Below, one piece after another: positions 46,865-56,887 of a DNA stretch of 64,000 bases; position 1 is the first letter of the stretch, and every line of letters starts with the position of its first letter. Position numbers and translations under genes: made by a program. Under the pieces are notes generated by a model, which saw only the letters and a list, made by a program, of their open reading frames with translations, was not told where the DNA came from and ran no database searches. This DNA comes from Bacteroidales bacterium (GTDB lineage Bacteria > Bacteroidota > Bacteroidia > Bacteroidales > WCHB1-69), in contig JAGCFD010000035.1 of NCBI GenBank assembly GCA_017650305.1, positions 16,683 through 80,682 on the forward strand. Direction: 5' to 3'.

Positions 46865-47806
46865 ATGAATTACGTAAGATTAGGGAACTCCGGTCTTAAG
46901 ATAACAGAACTCACATTTGGGTTGGCATTGACGATTGGAACTGAAATCACAGATGTGTCTCAAGCCCAAGCGCTGATTGATAAGGCGTGGGAATTAGGCG
47001 TCCGGTCGTTTGACGTTGCCAACAGCTATGGAAACGGTAAGGCAGAGTATTTACTTGGCCAATGTCTGAATAAATATCCAAGGGAGGAATACGTGCTGTT
47101 GACAAAAGGTTCATTGCCGGTTGGGTCTACACCCTACCACCGCGGCTTGTCAAGAAAACATATCATGTGGGCTTTTAACGAATCTCTGAAAAGACTCGGG
47201 AAAGAGTATGTCGATGTCTATTTTGCCCATAGATATGACCCGGAAGTCCCTATGGAGGAAATAGTCAGGACGTTCAATGATCTCGTCCGTTCAAACAGGG
47301 CCCTTTATTGGGGAGTCTCAGAATGGCCGTATGAGGCTTTGGATGAGTGTGTCGCTGTGTGTGACAGATTGGGCATGGAACGCCCTGTGACCGAACAATT
47401 CATCTATTCATTCGCTGTCCAAAAGCATGTAAAGAGCGGCTACAAGGACACGTGTACTAAATATGGCATGGGAACAATGGGCTTCTCTCCCCTCTGTCAA
47501 GGATTCTTGACCGGGAAATATAGAAACGACATCCCTTCCGGCAGCAGGATAGCGAAAAGTGATGATATCGACTATCAGAAAACGAAAAACTTTTATCCGC
47601 AAAACAAAGAAAGAATAGATGGCTTTTTAAATATTTGCGACAAATATAATGCCGATTATGTGGCGGTTGCACTCCAATGGTGCTTGAGAAACGGTGTCTA
47701 TCCTGTATTTGGAAGCAGTAAAGTCACACAGTTGGAGCAGAACGTCAAAGCTTTGGACATGGAGGTTCCTGATGCTATATGGGCAGAGCTGTCTGCAATT
47801 GAATAA
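46865..47806 (+). CDS. Aldo/keto reductase
   Basis: YVRLGNSGLKI, FDVANSYG, LLTK, YFAHRYD, WGVSEW, SPLCQGFLTGKY. Confidence 0.9.
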   Translation: MNYVRLGNSGLKITELTFGLALTIGTEITDVSQAQALIDKAWELGVRSFDVANSYGNGKAEYLLGQCLNKYPREEYVLLTKGSLPVGSTPYHRGLSRKHIMWAFNESLKRLGKEYVDVYFAHRYDPEVPMEEIVRTFNDLVRSNRALYWGVSEWPYEALDECVAVCDRLGMERPVTEQFIYSFAVQKHVKSGYKDTCTKYGMGTMGFSPLCQGFLTGKYRNDIPSGSRIAKSDDIDYQKTKNFYPQNKERIDGFLNICDKYNADYVAVALQWCLRNGVYPVFGSSKVTQLEQNVKALDMEVPDAIWAELSAIE

Positions 47807-47825
47807 TGTTAAAACTATTTACTAT

Positions 47826-48542
47826 ATGAAGAAAATAAATATCTTGTTTCCAGTGCTAAATGAGGAACTGCGATTGGCAGACGGCATAAACAAAACGATG
47901 GAGTTCCTGAAAGGTAATGATTTTATGCCTTTTGAATTGAATATTATTGACAACGGATCCACGGATAAAACCCAACAAGTTGCCGAATCCCTGTGCGCCC
48001 AATATCCCGAAGTCCATTATACTAGAATCACTGAAAGAGGCACGGGAATAGCAATCCGGGAGGGCGTTAAAAATAACACATGTGATTTTGTGGGATATAT
48101 GGATGTTGATTTGTCAACAAACCTGAAACACTTGCTTCAAGTTCAAGATATATTCCTGAAAATGCCCGAGGTGGAGTTCGTCAACGGATCCCGATTCAGC
48201 AAAGAGTCTTCAGTCTCCGGAAGAAAATGGTACCGGAATCTAACCTCCTATGGACTTCTTTTCTTGTTGCACTTTTTCCTCAAAATGAAAGCCTCCGATG
48301 CTATATGCGGCTTCAAGTTTTTCAAGAAAGAGACCGTGGAAAAACTTGTCGAGGCCTCATCAAAGGACGAGAATGGATGGTTCTTTATCATAGAAATGCT
48401 CCTGCGCGCCGAAAGGATGGGGGTGAACATCTATGAGTTGCCTGTCGAGTGGGCCGACGATTCGCGTACTAAGGTGAAACTCTTTGCTACCATAAAGAAT
48501 TACATTAGAAATATCCGCCGCCTAAGAAAGGTTCTTAAATAA
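47826..48542 (+). CDS. GT2 dolichol/polyprenol-phosphate glycosyltransferase (DPM/DPG synthase-like)
   Basis: FPVLNEE, IDNGSTD, YMDVDLST, GSRF, DAICGFK, ELPVEW; start at ATG 47826. Confidence 0.88.
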   Translation: MKKINILFPVLNEELRLADGINKTMEFLKGNDFMPFELNIIDNGSTDKTQQVAESLCAQYPEVHYTRITERGTGIAIREGVKNNTCDFVGYMDVDLSTNLKHLLQVQDIFLKMPEVEFVNGSRFSKESSVSGRKWYRNLTSYGLLFLLHFFLKMKASDAICGFKFFKKETVEKLVEASSKDENGWFFIIEMLLRAERMGVNIYELPVEWADDSRTKVKLFATIKNYIRNIRRLRKVLK

Positions 48543-48574
48543 TATTTTCGACTTTTGCTACTGATTTGTTGGGT

Positions 48575-48973
48575 ATGAAAATCAACTTGGGAGATTTGTG
48601 GAATAAGTATCGCAATTTTATCCTGTACTGCCTTATCGGTGTCGTGAACACAGGGGTGGATTTCGGGGTGTTTACATTGCTGCGCTGGTTCGGCCTGCAC
48701 TATCTCGTGGCCAATCTGATCAGTTATCATTGCGGGATTGTCTGCAGCTTTTTCCTCAATAAATATTACAATTTCAAAGTCTATGACAAGTCCGCAAGAC
48801 GTTTCCTGTCCTTCTATATGATCAGTCTGATAGCGGTAGGAGTCAGCGAAGGTCTTCTGTATCTGTTGATACAGGTTCTGTCGTTGAACGATCTGCTCGC
48901 GAAATTGATCTCAATGGTTATCATTGCCGTTGGGCAGTTTCTGTTTGTCAAGAAATTCACTTTCAAAAAATAA
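48575..48973 (+). CDS. GtrA family flippase
   Basis: YCLIGVVNTGVDF, SFFLNKYYNF, 4 TMs, KKFTF. Confidence 0.88.
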   Translation: MKINLGDLWNKYRNFILYCLIGVVNTGVDFGVFTLLRWFGLHYLVANLISYHCGIVCSFFLNKYYNFKVYDKSARRFLSFYMISLIAVGVSEGLLYLLIQVLSLNDLLAKLISMVIIAVGQFLFVKKFTFKK

Positions 48974-48993
48974 ATCTTTAAAATCTAAATTTC

Positions 48994-51255
48994 ATGTTTG
49001 GTTTTTTCGCTAAGAATAAAGATAATGTTTGGTGTTGGGCCTTTGTCGCTCTTGCAGTAATCATGTTGTTTGCCATGATTTTGATGAGCAAAACGGCTGG
49101 TAATTCCGGAGATGAGGACGGGTTCCAAATACCGCAAGCCAAGAACGTCATTAATTATTACAAAACCGATGGCCAAGATACCACATGCCTTAACTTCAAG
49201 GATGTGATGCAATATTATGGTTCTTCCTTTGATGTCGTGGCTGAATTTTTCAATTCCACATTTCACATTGAGGACATTAGCAAATCTCGGCACATCTTTA
49301 ATTCCATATTGGGTTGGTTGGCCATATTGGCGGTTGGGCTTATAGCCTACCAGCTTGGGGGCGCCCGCGCCGGTGTGTTCGCCCTGTTGCTGATGTTCCT
49401 GTCCCCACGATTTCTGGGCCACTCCTTCAATAATCCCAAAGATATACCATTTGCCGCCGGTGTAATTTGTGCTATTTTGGGTATGATATTGTTCTTCAAA
49501 CAATTCCCGAAGGTGAAATGGTACACCTACTTGATTTTGCTCCTGTCAATTGCATTCTCCATCAGTGTCCGTATTGGCGGATTGATCCTTTTCGGATATT
49601 TCGGTTTGTTAGGCCTGATGTTCCTGATTAGACTCTTTGCCCAAAGACGTCAAGCGTCTAAGATGAATTCTAAGTCCAAACAAGCCACACAACCTTCGTT
49701 GGCAAAATACATCTTAAAATTGGTTTTGTCGGCAGTGGCTGTCTGTGTGGTCGCTTATTTCGCGGGCCTGTTGTTGTGGCCCTATGCGATGCAGGCCCCC
49801 ATTAAGAATCCTATTGAGGCCTTTAAGGCCATGTCCGCGTTCTCCACTTCTATCCGTCAACTCTTCGAGGGTACTATCCAGTGGTCTGATATGCTGCCAT
49901 GGTACTATACGCCAAAGTATATCTTTATCACCATTCCCATAGCGGTTATCCTCGGTTTGGTATTGTTCTTCATTTATTGTTGGCGTAAGAAAGAAGATCG
50001 CTTTTGGGCTTTCTTCGTCTTCTTTACTTTCTTCTTCCCCGTGTTTTGGATAATCTATACTCATGCCAACGTATATGGCGGCTGGCGTCACGCGATGTTC
50101 GCTTACCCGCCGATGGTAGCTGCCGCCGGCTGGGGCTTTGATGCCCTGGTGCGCAAAATCGAGGAGAAGTTGGCGGCCCGAGCAGTCGGGAAAGATCAGT
50201 CAACAGAACCGAAAGCGCAGGCTAAGCCTTTGATAGTCAATGTTGCAAGTGTCGTGGTGCTGCTTCTCCTGCTCGTCGGCCCTATTCGTCACATCATAGC
50301 CAACCACCCATACGAGTATGTCTATTTCAACGAACTCTCCGGTGGCGTGAAAAAAGCTTTTGGCAACTATGAACTCGACTACTACTATCACTCTACCCGC
50401 GAAGCTACAGAGTGGGTGATGGCCAATGCGGAGCCTAAGCCAGACGGCTCTCAAACTATAGTCGGCACCTGGCATACCGCCTCCGTCAGCTATTTCCTGC
50501 GCAACGACACTGCCCGCTTCAAACCAGCCTTCCTGCGTTGGTATGAGCGCGACAACTCCGACTGGGACTATGCCGTCTTTACAATCACGGGTATTAACCC
50601 TGAATACCTGAGGAGCAAGGCTTTCCCACCCAAAAATACCGTCAAGACGATCGAGGTGGATGGCGTCCCTATCGCTATCGTGCTGAAAAGACAGGAAAAG
50701 TTCAGCCATGAGGCCTTCAAACTCAAGAACGCTAACAACCTGGACTCTGCCGCTACCCTTTACCATCAAGCCCTTGCCGTTGATCCAGACAACTACGTCT
50801 CCCTTCTCGGTCTTTCTGAGGTGATGGTCCGTTTTAATCGACCCGATAGCGCCCAATATTATCTGAATAAGGCATTCGCCTTTGAGCCCAACTCCGAAGG
50901 CCTGAAACTCATGTACGCTTATTCTCTGCTCGGACAACAGAAGGAGGATGAAGCGCTTAGCACCCTCCGTCAAATCAGCAAATATAATCCGAAGTATTCC
51001 CAAGCTTACCAACTGGCTATACGCATTTATCTGCAGCGCAACGATCTGGTGTCTGCCAAAAAGGAATTCCTGAAGATTATGGATGTGGACAGAATGGACG
51101 ATGCCACGACCCAACTCTGGCTTCTCTATGAGAGCAAAACAGGCGTCACGAACGAACAACAAGCCTATCGGAATCTTTATAATGAAATGATTAAGAGTCT
51201 GGAGCGGCGCGGTAAACAATCAGATGCGGAAAAACTCCGCCAGCAATTGAAATAA
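48994..51255 (+). CDS. GT-C fold membrane glycosyltransferase (PMT/ArnT-like) with C-terminal TPR repeats
   Basis: DE in first loop (SGDEDG), PRFLGHSFNNPKDIPFA, YGGWRH, about 11 TMs; TPR-like YHQALAVDPDN, YLNKAFAFEPN. Confidence 0.8.
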   Translation: MFGFFAKNKDNVWCWAFVALAVIMLFAMILMSKTAGNSGDEDGFQIPQAKNVINYYKTDGQDTTCLNFKDVMQYYGSSFDVVAEFFNSTFHIEDISKSRHIFNSILGWLAILAVGLIAYQLGGARAGVFALLLMFLSPRFLGHSFNNPKDIPFAAGVICAILGMILFFKQFPKVKWYTYLILLLSIAFSISVRIGGLILFGYFGLLGLMFLIRLFAQRRQASKMNSKSKQATQPSLAKYILKLVLSAVAVCVVAYFAGLLLWPYAMQAPIKNPIEAFKAMSAFSTSIRQLFEGTIQWSDMLPWYYTPKYIFITIPIAVILGLVLFFIYCWRKKEDRFWAFFVFFTFFFPVFWIIYTHANVYGGWRHAMFAYPPMVAAAGWGFDALVRKIEEKLAARAVGKDQSTEPKAQAKPLIVNVASVVVLLLLLVGPIRHIIANHPYEYVYFNELSGGVKKAFGNYELDYYYHSTREATEWVMANAEPKPDGSQTIVGTWHTASVSYFLRNDTARFKPAFLRWYERDNSDWDYAVFTITGINPEYLRSKAFPPKNTVKTIEVDGVPIAIVLKRQEKFSHEAFKLKNANNLDSAATLYHQALAVDPDNYVSLLGLSEVMVRFNRPDSAQYYLNKAFAFEPNSEGLKLMYAYSLLGQQKEDEALSTLRQISKYNPKYSQAYQLAIRIYLQRNDLVSAKKEFLKIMDVDRMDDATTQLWLLYESKTGVTNEQQAYRNLYNEMIKSLERRGKQSDAEKLRQQLK

Positions 51256-51372
51256 TAGACTGTGTCTAACACTGATAGATCCCTGACTGAAAAATACAAC
51301 TATTTGATAATAAGCAATATGATGCTCTGAGAAAAGTGATGGTGGGTATGTTGTAAAAGTCAAAGAATTTTG

Positions 51373-51380
51373 TATTTTTG
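51373..51380 (+). promoter_or_regulatory. Bacteroidota -7 promoter element for rpsP-rimM
   Basis: TATTTTTG followed by CCG. Confidence 0.55.
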
Positions 51381-51415
51381 CCGTCCAAATTTTTAAACAC
51401 TAATATCAATAAATT

Positions 51416-51997
51416 ATGGCAACAAGAATCAGATTACAGAGAAGAGGTAAAAAGAACCAACCTTTTTATCACCTTGTAATTGCGGATGGTCGTGCACCAC
51501 GTGACGGACGTTTTATTGAAGATCTCGGCACCTACAACCCACTGACCAATCCTGCAACCCTCAACATCAATTTTGATCGCGCTTTGTATTGGCTGGAGAA
51601 TGGTGCAACCCCTTCAGACACTGCCCGTGCGATTCTTAAAAGAGAAGGCGTTTATTTGATGAAACACCTCAGAGGTGGTATCGCCAAAGGCGCTATCTCC
51701 GAGTTGGAGGCCGAATCCAAATTCAAACAGTGGAAGGACGAAAAGGCTAACAAGTTGAACAATATCGTTCGCATGGATGCCGAAGCAGCCCGCAACGTTA
51801 GAAAAGAGAGACTGGCCGCTGAAACGAAGGTGAAGGAAGCTATGTCTGCTAAGATTGCCGCTCGCAACGCTGAGATCGCTGCAGCCGCAGCTAAGAAAGC
51901 AGAAGAAGAGGCCGCCGCAGCCGCTGCTGAGGCAGAAGCCGCTGCTGCTCCCGCAACCGACGAGGCCCCCGTTGTTGAAGCTGCTCCTGAAGCATAA
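51416..51997 (+). CDS. rpsP: 30S ribosomal protein S16 with Bacteroidota C-terminal extension
   Basis: RIRLQRRGKKNQPFY, DGRAPRDGRFIE.LGTYNP. Confidence 0.97.
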   Translation: MATRIRLQRRGKKNQPFYHLVIADGRAPRDGRFIEDLGTYNPLTNPATLNINFDRALYWLENGATPSDTARAILKREGVYLMKHLRGGIAKGAISELEAESKFKQWKDEKANKLNNIVRMDAEAARNVRKERLAAETKVKEAMSAKIAARNAEIAAAAAKKAEEEAAAAAAEAEAAAAPATDEAPVVEAAPEA

Positions 51998-52518
51998 TGT
52001 TCAACGACTATTTCTATCTAGGCACACTGACCAAACCCTTCGGATTAAAGGGTGGCCTGTGTGCCTTTTTTGATGCCGATAACCCTGAACGCTATCAAAC
52101 CCTGACTGCCGTATTCCTCGACCTGGATGGGGAACTGATCCCTTATCAAATCGATAAAATCCAATACCGAGGTCGCAACCAGTTCATCATTTTTTTCCAA
52201 GATATTGACGCCGACGAGGCTAAAGACCTCATCCAGGCGGATCTTTATCTCCCGTTATCCGAACTCCCTCCCCTCGAAGGCAATAGATTCTATTTCCACG
52301 AGGTGGTCGGATTCCAAGTTCACGACAAGGCCAAAGGATATATAGGCAATTGCATCGGATTCCTGGAGTTGGCCAACAACCCGGTTATGCAAATCGACCA
52401 CGACGGTGTGGAAATCCTCATTCCCGCATCCCAACAGTTCGTGACAAAAGTCGATAGAGATAATAAGGTGCTCTACGTTGACACGCCGGAAGGATTGATT
52501 GATGTCTATCTGACGTAG
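51997..52518 (+). CDS. rimM: Ribosome maturation factor RimM
   Basis: LGTLTKPFGLKG, FYFHEVVG, EILIP, TPEGL; follows rpsP. Confidence 0.93.
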   Translation: MFNDYFYLGTLTKPFGLKGGLCAFFDADNPERYQTLTAVFLDLDGELIPYQIDKIQYRGRNQFIIFFQDIDADEAKDLIQADLYLPLSELPPLEGNRFYFHEVVGFQVHDKAKGYIGNCIGFLELANNPVMQIDHDGVEILIPASQQFVTKVDRDNKVLYVDTPEGLIDVYLT

Positions 52519-52523
52519 CGGAC

Positions 52524-53030
52524 CTATACACCAACCGTCTTCAATATAATAAATATTGTTACCTCAATGATTAGGATGGCCGCCAGGACCAAATAGTGCC
52601 ATGCTTTCTGCTCCTTCACGTAGGTGAAGTATTTGTTGAGAAAATAATTCAGGAAACCTATGGGCACCGCAACAATCGCGGCTGCAATATAGTTGTTGAT
52701 CTCCCACTGGTCCTTGAATAACCGAATCAGAAAATAATTGCAGAAAAATGTGACGGAATAGACCAGCACAAACTTGAAAATCAACCGGAAATCCTTGTTG
52801 CGGAAAACAATGGCCCCGTAAGTCTTGAAGTTGAAGAGCACACTGATGATGGTGCCAAAGAAGTTGGCCCAGAATAACGCATCAATGTTGGGAATAAGCC
52901 CGAACAGATAACGCAACGAAGCAAAAATACACCAACCAACTGCCGTGTTGAGTGCCGCAGTAAATAAAAAACGGACAAACTGCGGTTCCATAAGCCGGTG
53001 AATGTATGCTTTGATTTTGCTCATATCCAT
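52524..53030 (-). CDS. GtrA family protein
   Basis: QFVRFLFTAALNT, FNFKTYGAIVF, NYFLNKYFTY; 5 TMs. Confidence 0.8.
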   Translation of the reverse strand: MDMSKIKAYIHRLMEPQFVRFLFTAALNTAVGWCIFASLRYLFGLIPNIDALFWANFFGTIISVLFNFKTYGAIVFRNKDFRLIFKFVLVYSVTFFCNYFLIRLFKDQWEINNYIAAAIVAVPIGFLNYFLNKYFTYVKEQKAWHYLVLAAILIIEVTIFIILKTVGV

Positions 53031-53173
53031 AAAAACCGCAAAAATACAAAAATGTGCCGTCTCTCAAACATAAAAAATCAATGCCCCTAGATGCACTTTT
53101 TCTTCGGTTGAAATAATATTTTTAAGATTAGATATTTAATCAGAAAAAAACGTATATTTGCACCCCAAAATTT

Positions 53174-53728
53174 ATGGCAATGGATGAGAAGCGGATAAGA
53201 GAGGATTTTAAGCTCCGTTTGGCAGGAGTTGAGGATGGAAGTTATTCTTTCTCAGTGAATTGCAATAAAGAGTTCTTTGAGTTGGCCGAGATTGAGGAGG
53301 TGCGTGGCGGACAGTTGGATTTGCGGATTGAAATGGTCAGACATGAGAAATTGGTGACCCTTTCCTTCGATTTTGACGGAGAAGTGACGATGACATGCGA
53401 CCGCTGCCTGCTCCCAGTAAACGTCCCGATGAGCTTTGGCTCAAACCTGGTTGTGAAGCTGGTCCCGATAGTGGAGGAAGGCGAAAATGACGACGACGAT
53501 ATCTGGGTGCTGGATGAAAATACGTATGAGCTGGATGTCTTCCACTACGTCTATGAAACTATCATGCTGGCACTTCCCCACAAGGTCTTGCATGAAGACG
53601 ATCCGGACGGGAACCCGACCTGCGACCCTTCAGTAATGGCTATCTTGGACCAGATGTCCACCTCAAAGAATGAGGAAACTACCGATCCCCGTTGGGATGC
53701 ATTGAAGAATTTGAAATTTGAAGATTAA
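53174..53728 (+). CDS. yceD: YceD/DUF177 family protein
   Basis: CDRCL, YETIMLALP, TDPRWDALK; upstream of rpmF. Confidence 0.9.
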   Translation: MAMDEKRIREDFKLRLAGVEDGSYSFSVNCNKEFFELAEIEEVRGGQLDLRIEMVRHEKLVTLSFDFDGEVTMTCDRCLLPVNVPMSFGSNLVVKLVPIVEEGENDDDDIWVLDENTYELDVFHYVYETIMLALPHKVLHEDDPDGNPTCDPSVMAILDQMSTSKNEETTDPRWDALKNLKFED

Positions 53729-53749
53729 AAACTATAAAAATTAAAGATT

Positions 53750-53938
53750 ATGCCTAATCCTAAAAGAAGACACTCAGCAATGAGAAGAGATAAGAGAAGA
53801 GCTCATGATTTTATCACCGCTCCTCAGTTGACCACCTGCAGCCATTGCGGTGCACCGATTTTAACCCATCGCGTATGCCCGGAATGCGGTTACTATAGAG
53901 GCAAACAAGCTGTTGAAATCAGCGGCGCTGCCCAGTAA
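53750..53938 (+). CDS. rpmF: 50S ribosomal protein L32
   Basis: MPNPKRRHS..RRDKRR, CSHCG, HRVCPECGYYRG. Confidence 0.97.
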   Translation: MPNPKRRHSAMRRDKRRAHDFITAPQLTTCSHCGAPILTHRVCPECGYYRGKQAVEISGAAQ

Positions 53939-53966
53939 CATTATTTACCAGATGGTTTAACACAAT

Positions 53967-53996
53967 AGATGACATATTCGCGTATGTCATCTTTTT
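53967..53996 (+). terminator. Intrinsic terminator after rpmF
   Basis: AGATGACATA-ttcgcg-TATGTCATCT followed by T-run. Confidence 0.75.
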
Positions 53997-54007
53997 CTGT
54001 TTATAAT

Positions 54008-54583
54008 ATGAAGATTGTTTTTGCTACCCATAACCGCCATAAACACGCAGAGGTGTCTGCCATATTAGGTCCCCAATGGGAAGTGCTGGCCCTTCCCGAC
54101 ATTGGTTGTAATACGGAGATTCCCGAGACATCCGATACACTCAAAGGCAATGCCCTCCAAAAAGCCTACTATGTGTACGACCATTTTCATACAAACTGCT
54201 TTGCTGACGATACCGGTCTGGAAGTAGAAGCGCTGAATGGTGCCCCTGGTGTGTTTTCTGCCCGCTACGCCGGCGAAGGATGCTCCTACTCTGACAATGT
54301 GCAGAAACTGCTTCGCGAGATGCAGGGCGCTGAAAATAGAAAAGCCTGCTTTAAGACGGTGGTTGCCTTGATTCTGGACGGCCAGGAATACTTTTTCGAG
54401 GGCCGTGTGGATGGCACTATCCTCTATGAGCCGCGTGGAGGGGAAGGCTTTGGCTACGACCCGGTCTTTCTGCCCGATGGCTTTGACCAATCTTTTGCCG
54501 AGATGGATGCCGCTTTGAAAAACTCCATTAGCCACCGCGGCCGCGCGATGCAGAAACTCATCGATTTCTTGAATAATCGCTGA
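54008..54583 (+). CDS. rdgB: Non-canonical purine NTP pyrophosphatase (RdgB/HAM1)
   Basis: FATHNRHK, ADDTGLEVEALNGAPGVFSARYA, GFGYDPVF, KNSISHRGRA. Confidence 0.95.
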   Translation: MKIVFATHNRHKHAEVSAILGPQWEVLALPDIGCNTEIPETSDTLKGNALQKAYYVYDHFHTNCFADDTGLEVEALNGAPGVFSARYAGEGCSYSDNVQKLLREMQGAENRKACFKTVVALILDGQEYFFEGRVDGTILYEPRGGEGFGYDPVFLPDGFDQSFAEMDAALKNSISHRGRAMQKLIDFLNNR

Positions 54584-54970
54584 TTAGCTCTCTTCCAAGA
54601 TCTTCAGAAAACGTAATAACACCCCCTTGATTTCCAGGAGTGAGGCTACAATGGTGGCATTGTCCGCTTCCTGAATGAAGTTGTTTTTCATGGCCTCTTT
54701 GGTCCGCTGGATAGAATACCCCTTCACCCTTGTCAGATAGTAGATGGTGCGCAGGATCGCTATGTCGTTTTTGGAAAAATAGCGGTTCCCTTTTTTATTT
54801 GTGCGAGGCTTTAGAATATGGTCGAATTCGTTGGACCAGAAACGTATGGTCGATACTGGAACCTGAAATATACTCGCCGTCTCCCCGATACTGTAATACA
54901 GCCGGTCTTTGTCGTTGTACGACTCTGGCAGCGGAATCCGCCGGTCCATTTCTTCATTGATATCATTCAT
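54584..54970 (-). CDS. MerR-family HTH protein
   Basis: [38 protein letters not shown]; start ATG 54970 overlapping smpB end. Confidence 0.85.
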   Translation of the reverse strand: MNDINEEMDRRIPLPESYNDKDRLYYSIGETASIFQVPVSTIRFWSNEFDHILKPRTNKKGNRYFSKNDIAILRTIYYLTRVKGYSIQRTKEAMKNNFIQEADNATIVASLLEIKGVLLRFLKILEES

Positions 54971-55424
54971 CTTCGTGTTGTTTGCGACGACGCTCGTCCT
55001 TCTCCTTGATGCTCTCCCGCTTGTCGTATAATTTCTTTCCTCGCGCCAAGGAAATGTCCAGCTTGGCATATCCTTTCTCGTTAATCCACAACAAAGTGGG
55101 GATGATGGTGAACCCGCGCTCGTTCAATTTGCTCATCAATTTGCGTAACTCTTTCTTGTTTAAGAGCAACTTGCGATCGCGCTTGGGCTGGTGGTTGTTG
55201 TAACTGCCATGCGAGTATTCGCTGATATGCATGTTATGCACCCACAACTCGTTGTTGGTGAAAGAACAATAGGCATCGGTGATGTTGGCCCGACCAGCAC
55301 GAATGGATTTGATTTCCGTACCAGTAAGTACGATGCCCGCAGTGAACGAGGTGGTCAGAAAATATTGGTATTCGGCCTTCCTGTTCTTGATAGCAATCTG
55401 TGTGTCTGATGTGTTCTTTCCCAT
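54963..55424 (-). CDS. smpB: SsrA-binding protein SmpB
   Basis: [34 protein letters not shown]; start ATG 55424. Confidence 0.97.
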   Translation of the reverse strand: MGKNTSDTQIAIKNRKAEYQYFLTTSFTAGIVLTGTEIKSIRAGRANITDAYCSFTNNELWVHNMHISEYSHGSYNNHQPKRDRKLLLNKKELRKLMSKLNERGFTIIPTLLWINEKGYAKLDISLARGKKLYDKRESIKEKDERRRKQHEDE

Positions 55425-55569
55425 ATTGTGATTGATGCCTGCAAAAATACACTTTTCTTCCGATACGACAGTCCCTCTTTGACAGCTTCCGAAAAAAATG
55501 TCGCTATCGTAATATGCGGTGGCAACGGAACCACTTTTATTGTAATTTTGCACCCTGTAGAAATCTAAT

Positions 55570-56304
55570 ATGGAAATGGAACCAGTAAATGATGTAGCTG
55601 AATTCACTCTCACCAATGTTGCTGTGGTCTTGGCGGGAGGCGCAGGTAACCGTTTTGGCGCTGAGAAACCCAAACAATTTCTCCAAGTGGGCCGAATGTC
55701 CATCCTGGAACGTTCCGTTTCCGCTTTCGAGTCACACCCGGCTATTGACGAGATTGCCGTGGTGGTACATCCCGACTATTTGGCAGAGGTGTCTCGGATG
55801 GTGTCGTCCAATGGCTGGCATAAGGTGAAACAGCTGCTTCCTGGCGGCCATGAGCGTTACGAGTCCTCTCTGGCAGCCTTGCGTGCCTATGAACACATCA
55901 AAGTCCGTAATATGCTGTTCCATGACGCTGCCCGTCCGCTGGTGTCAGCACGCATCATCTCTGATGTGCTCAACGCTCTCCAGAACCATGAGGCCGTTGA
56001 TGTCGCAGTGCCCGTAACAGATACGATTCTCCAGACAGACAGCACTGGTGAATTTATAAACGCAGTGCCCGACAGAAATCAGCTGAGAGCCAGCCAGACA
56101 CCACAAGCTTTTCGATTTTCTGTCATCCAAGAGGCTTATAGTCGCGCTCTTGCATCTGGTCCGCTTACTACCACGGATGATTGCGGAGTCCTCCTCCGCT
56201 ATATGCCTGAAATACCAGTCTTCATAGTTCCTGGCGATGAGGCTAACTTTAAGGTGACCTATCCCTCGGATGTTGTGCGATTAAAACAATATCTTGCTGA
56301 ATAA
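55570..56304 (+). CDS. ispD: 2-C-methyl-D-erythritol 4-phosphate cytidylyltransferase (IspD/TarI family)
   Basis: [43 protein letters not shown]. Confidence 0.85.
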   Translation: MEMEPVNDVAEFTLTNVAVVLAGGAGNRFGAEKPKQFLQVGRMSILERSVSAFESHPAIDEIAVVVHPDYLAEVSRMVSSNGWHKVKQLLPGGHERYESSLAALRAYEHIKVRNMLFHDAARPLVSARIISDVLNALQNHEAVDVAVPVTDTILQTDSTGEFINAVPDRNQLRASQTPQAFRFSVIQEAYSRALASGPLTTTDDCGVLLRYMPEIPVFIVPGDEANFKVTYPSDVVRLKQYLAE

Positions 56305-56318
56305 CCCGTTGAGACACT

Positions 56319-56837
56319 ATGTGCCACCGTCCTGACCAATGCTCTTCCTTGCCAGTAGTGCCGAGCCGTTGGCTCCCACCAAAGGGATATACGGCCATCA
56401 CTGTCTTCGGAAGAGTCCTGACCCGCAAGGATGATTACGATGAGTGGATGCGACATGCTACTTCGAAAGCCTATCAAGAGCTTTATCATCATGAGAGGAT
56501 TCATCTCCGGCAGGCCGTTTCTGTCCGCAATTCCTGGATTTGCTATTATGCCCTTTACCTTTGGTATTATTTGAAAGGACGCCCGCTTCGCTATGGCCAC
56601 GAAGTGGCCTACTTGTCTAATCCATTTGAACTGGAAGCCTATCTCTTTGAAGATGATGACCAGTATGGACAAAACCAGACAAAAGGCTGCATCGGCTGGA
56701 AACGGTTGGCTTCATACCCTCCATCCTTATGGAGAGCCTTGATGTTGGATGTCTCTTCCAACCAGTGCCCTCCCCGCAAACTGCCAAGGTCGGAGTTTCT
56801 CAAGAGAGTCAAATTATTTATGACGGATAAATGGTAA
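56319..56837 (+). CDS. Hypothetical zincin-like protein (HExxH)
   Basis: AITVFG, HHERIHLRQ, NPFELEAY. Confidence 0.6.
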   Translation: MCHRPDQCSSLPVVPSRWLPPKGYTAITVFGRVLTRKDDYDEWMRHATSKAYQELYHHERIHLRQAVSVRNSWICYYALYLWYYLKGRPLRYGHEVAYLSNPFELEAYLFEDDDQYGQNQTKGCIGWKRLASYPPSLWRALMLDVSSNQCPPRKLPRSEFLKRVKLFMTDKW

Positions 56838-56841
56838 AAAA

Positions 56842-56865
56842 AAGGATGGTTCGAAAACCATCCTT
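56842..56865 (-). terminator. Intrinsic terminator after tonB (likely bidirectional)
   Basis: AAGGATGGTT-cgaa-AACCATCCTT with T-run on minus strand. Confidence 0.8.
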
Positions 56866-56887
56866 GTAAGTCTGTGAAGCGCTGCGA

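Noticed and set aside
51840-51997. Ala/Glu-rich repetitive tail of S16
   Set aside because: Common lineage-typical extension in Bacteroidota
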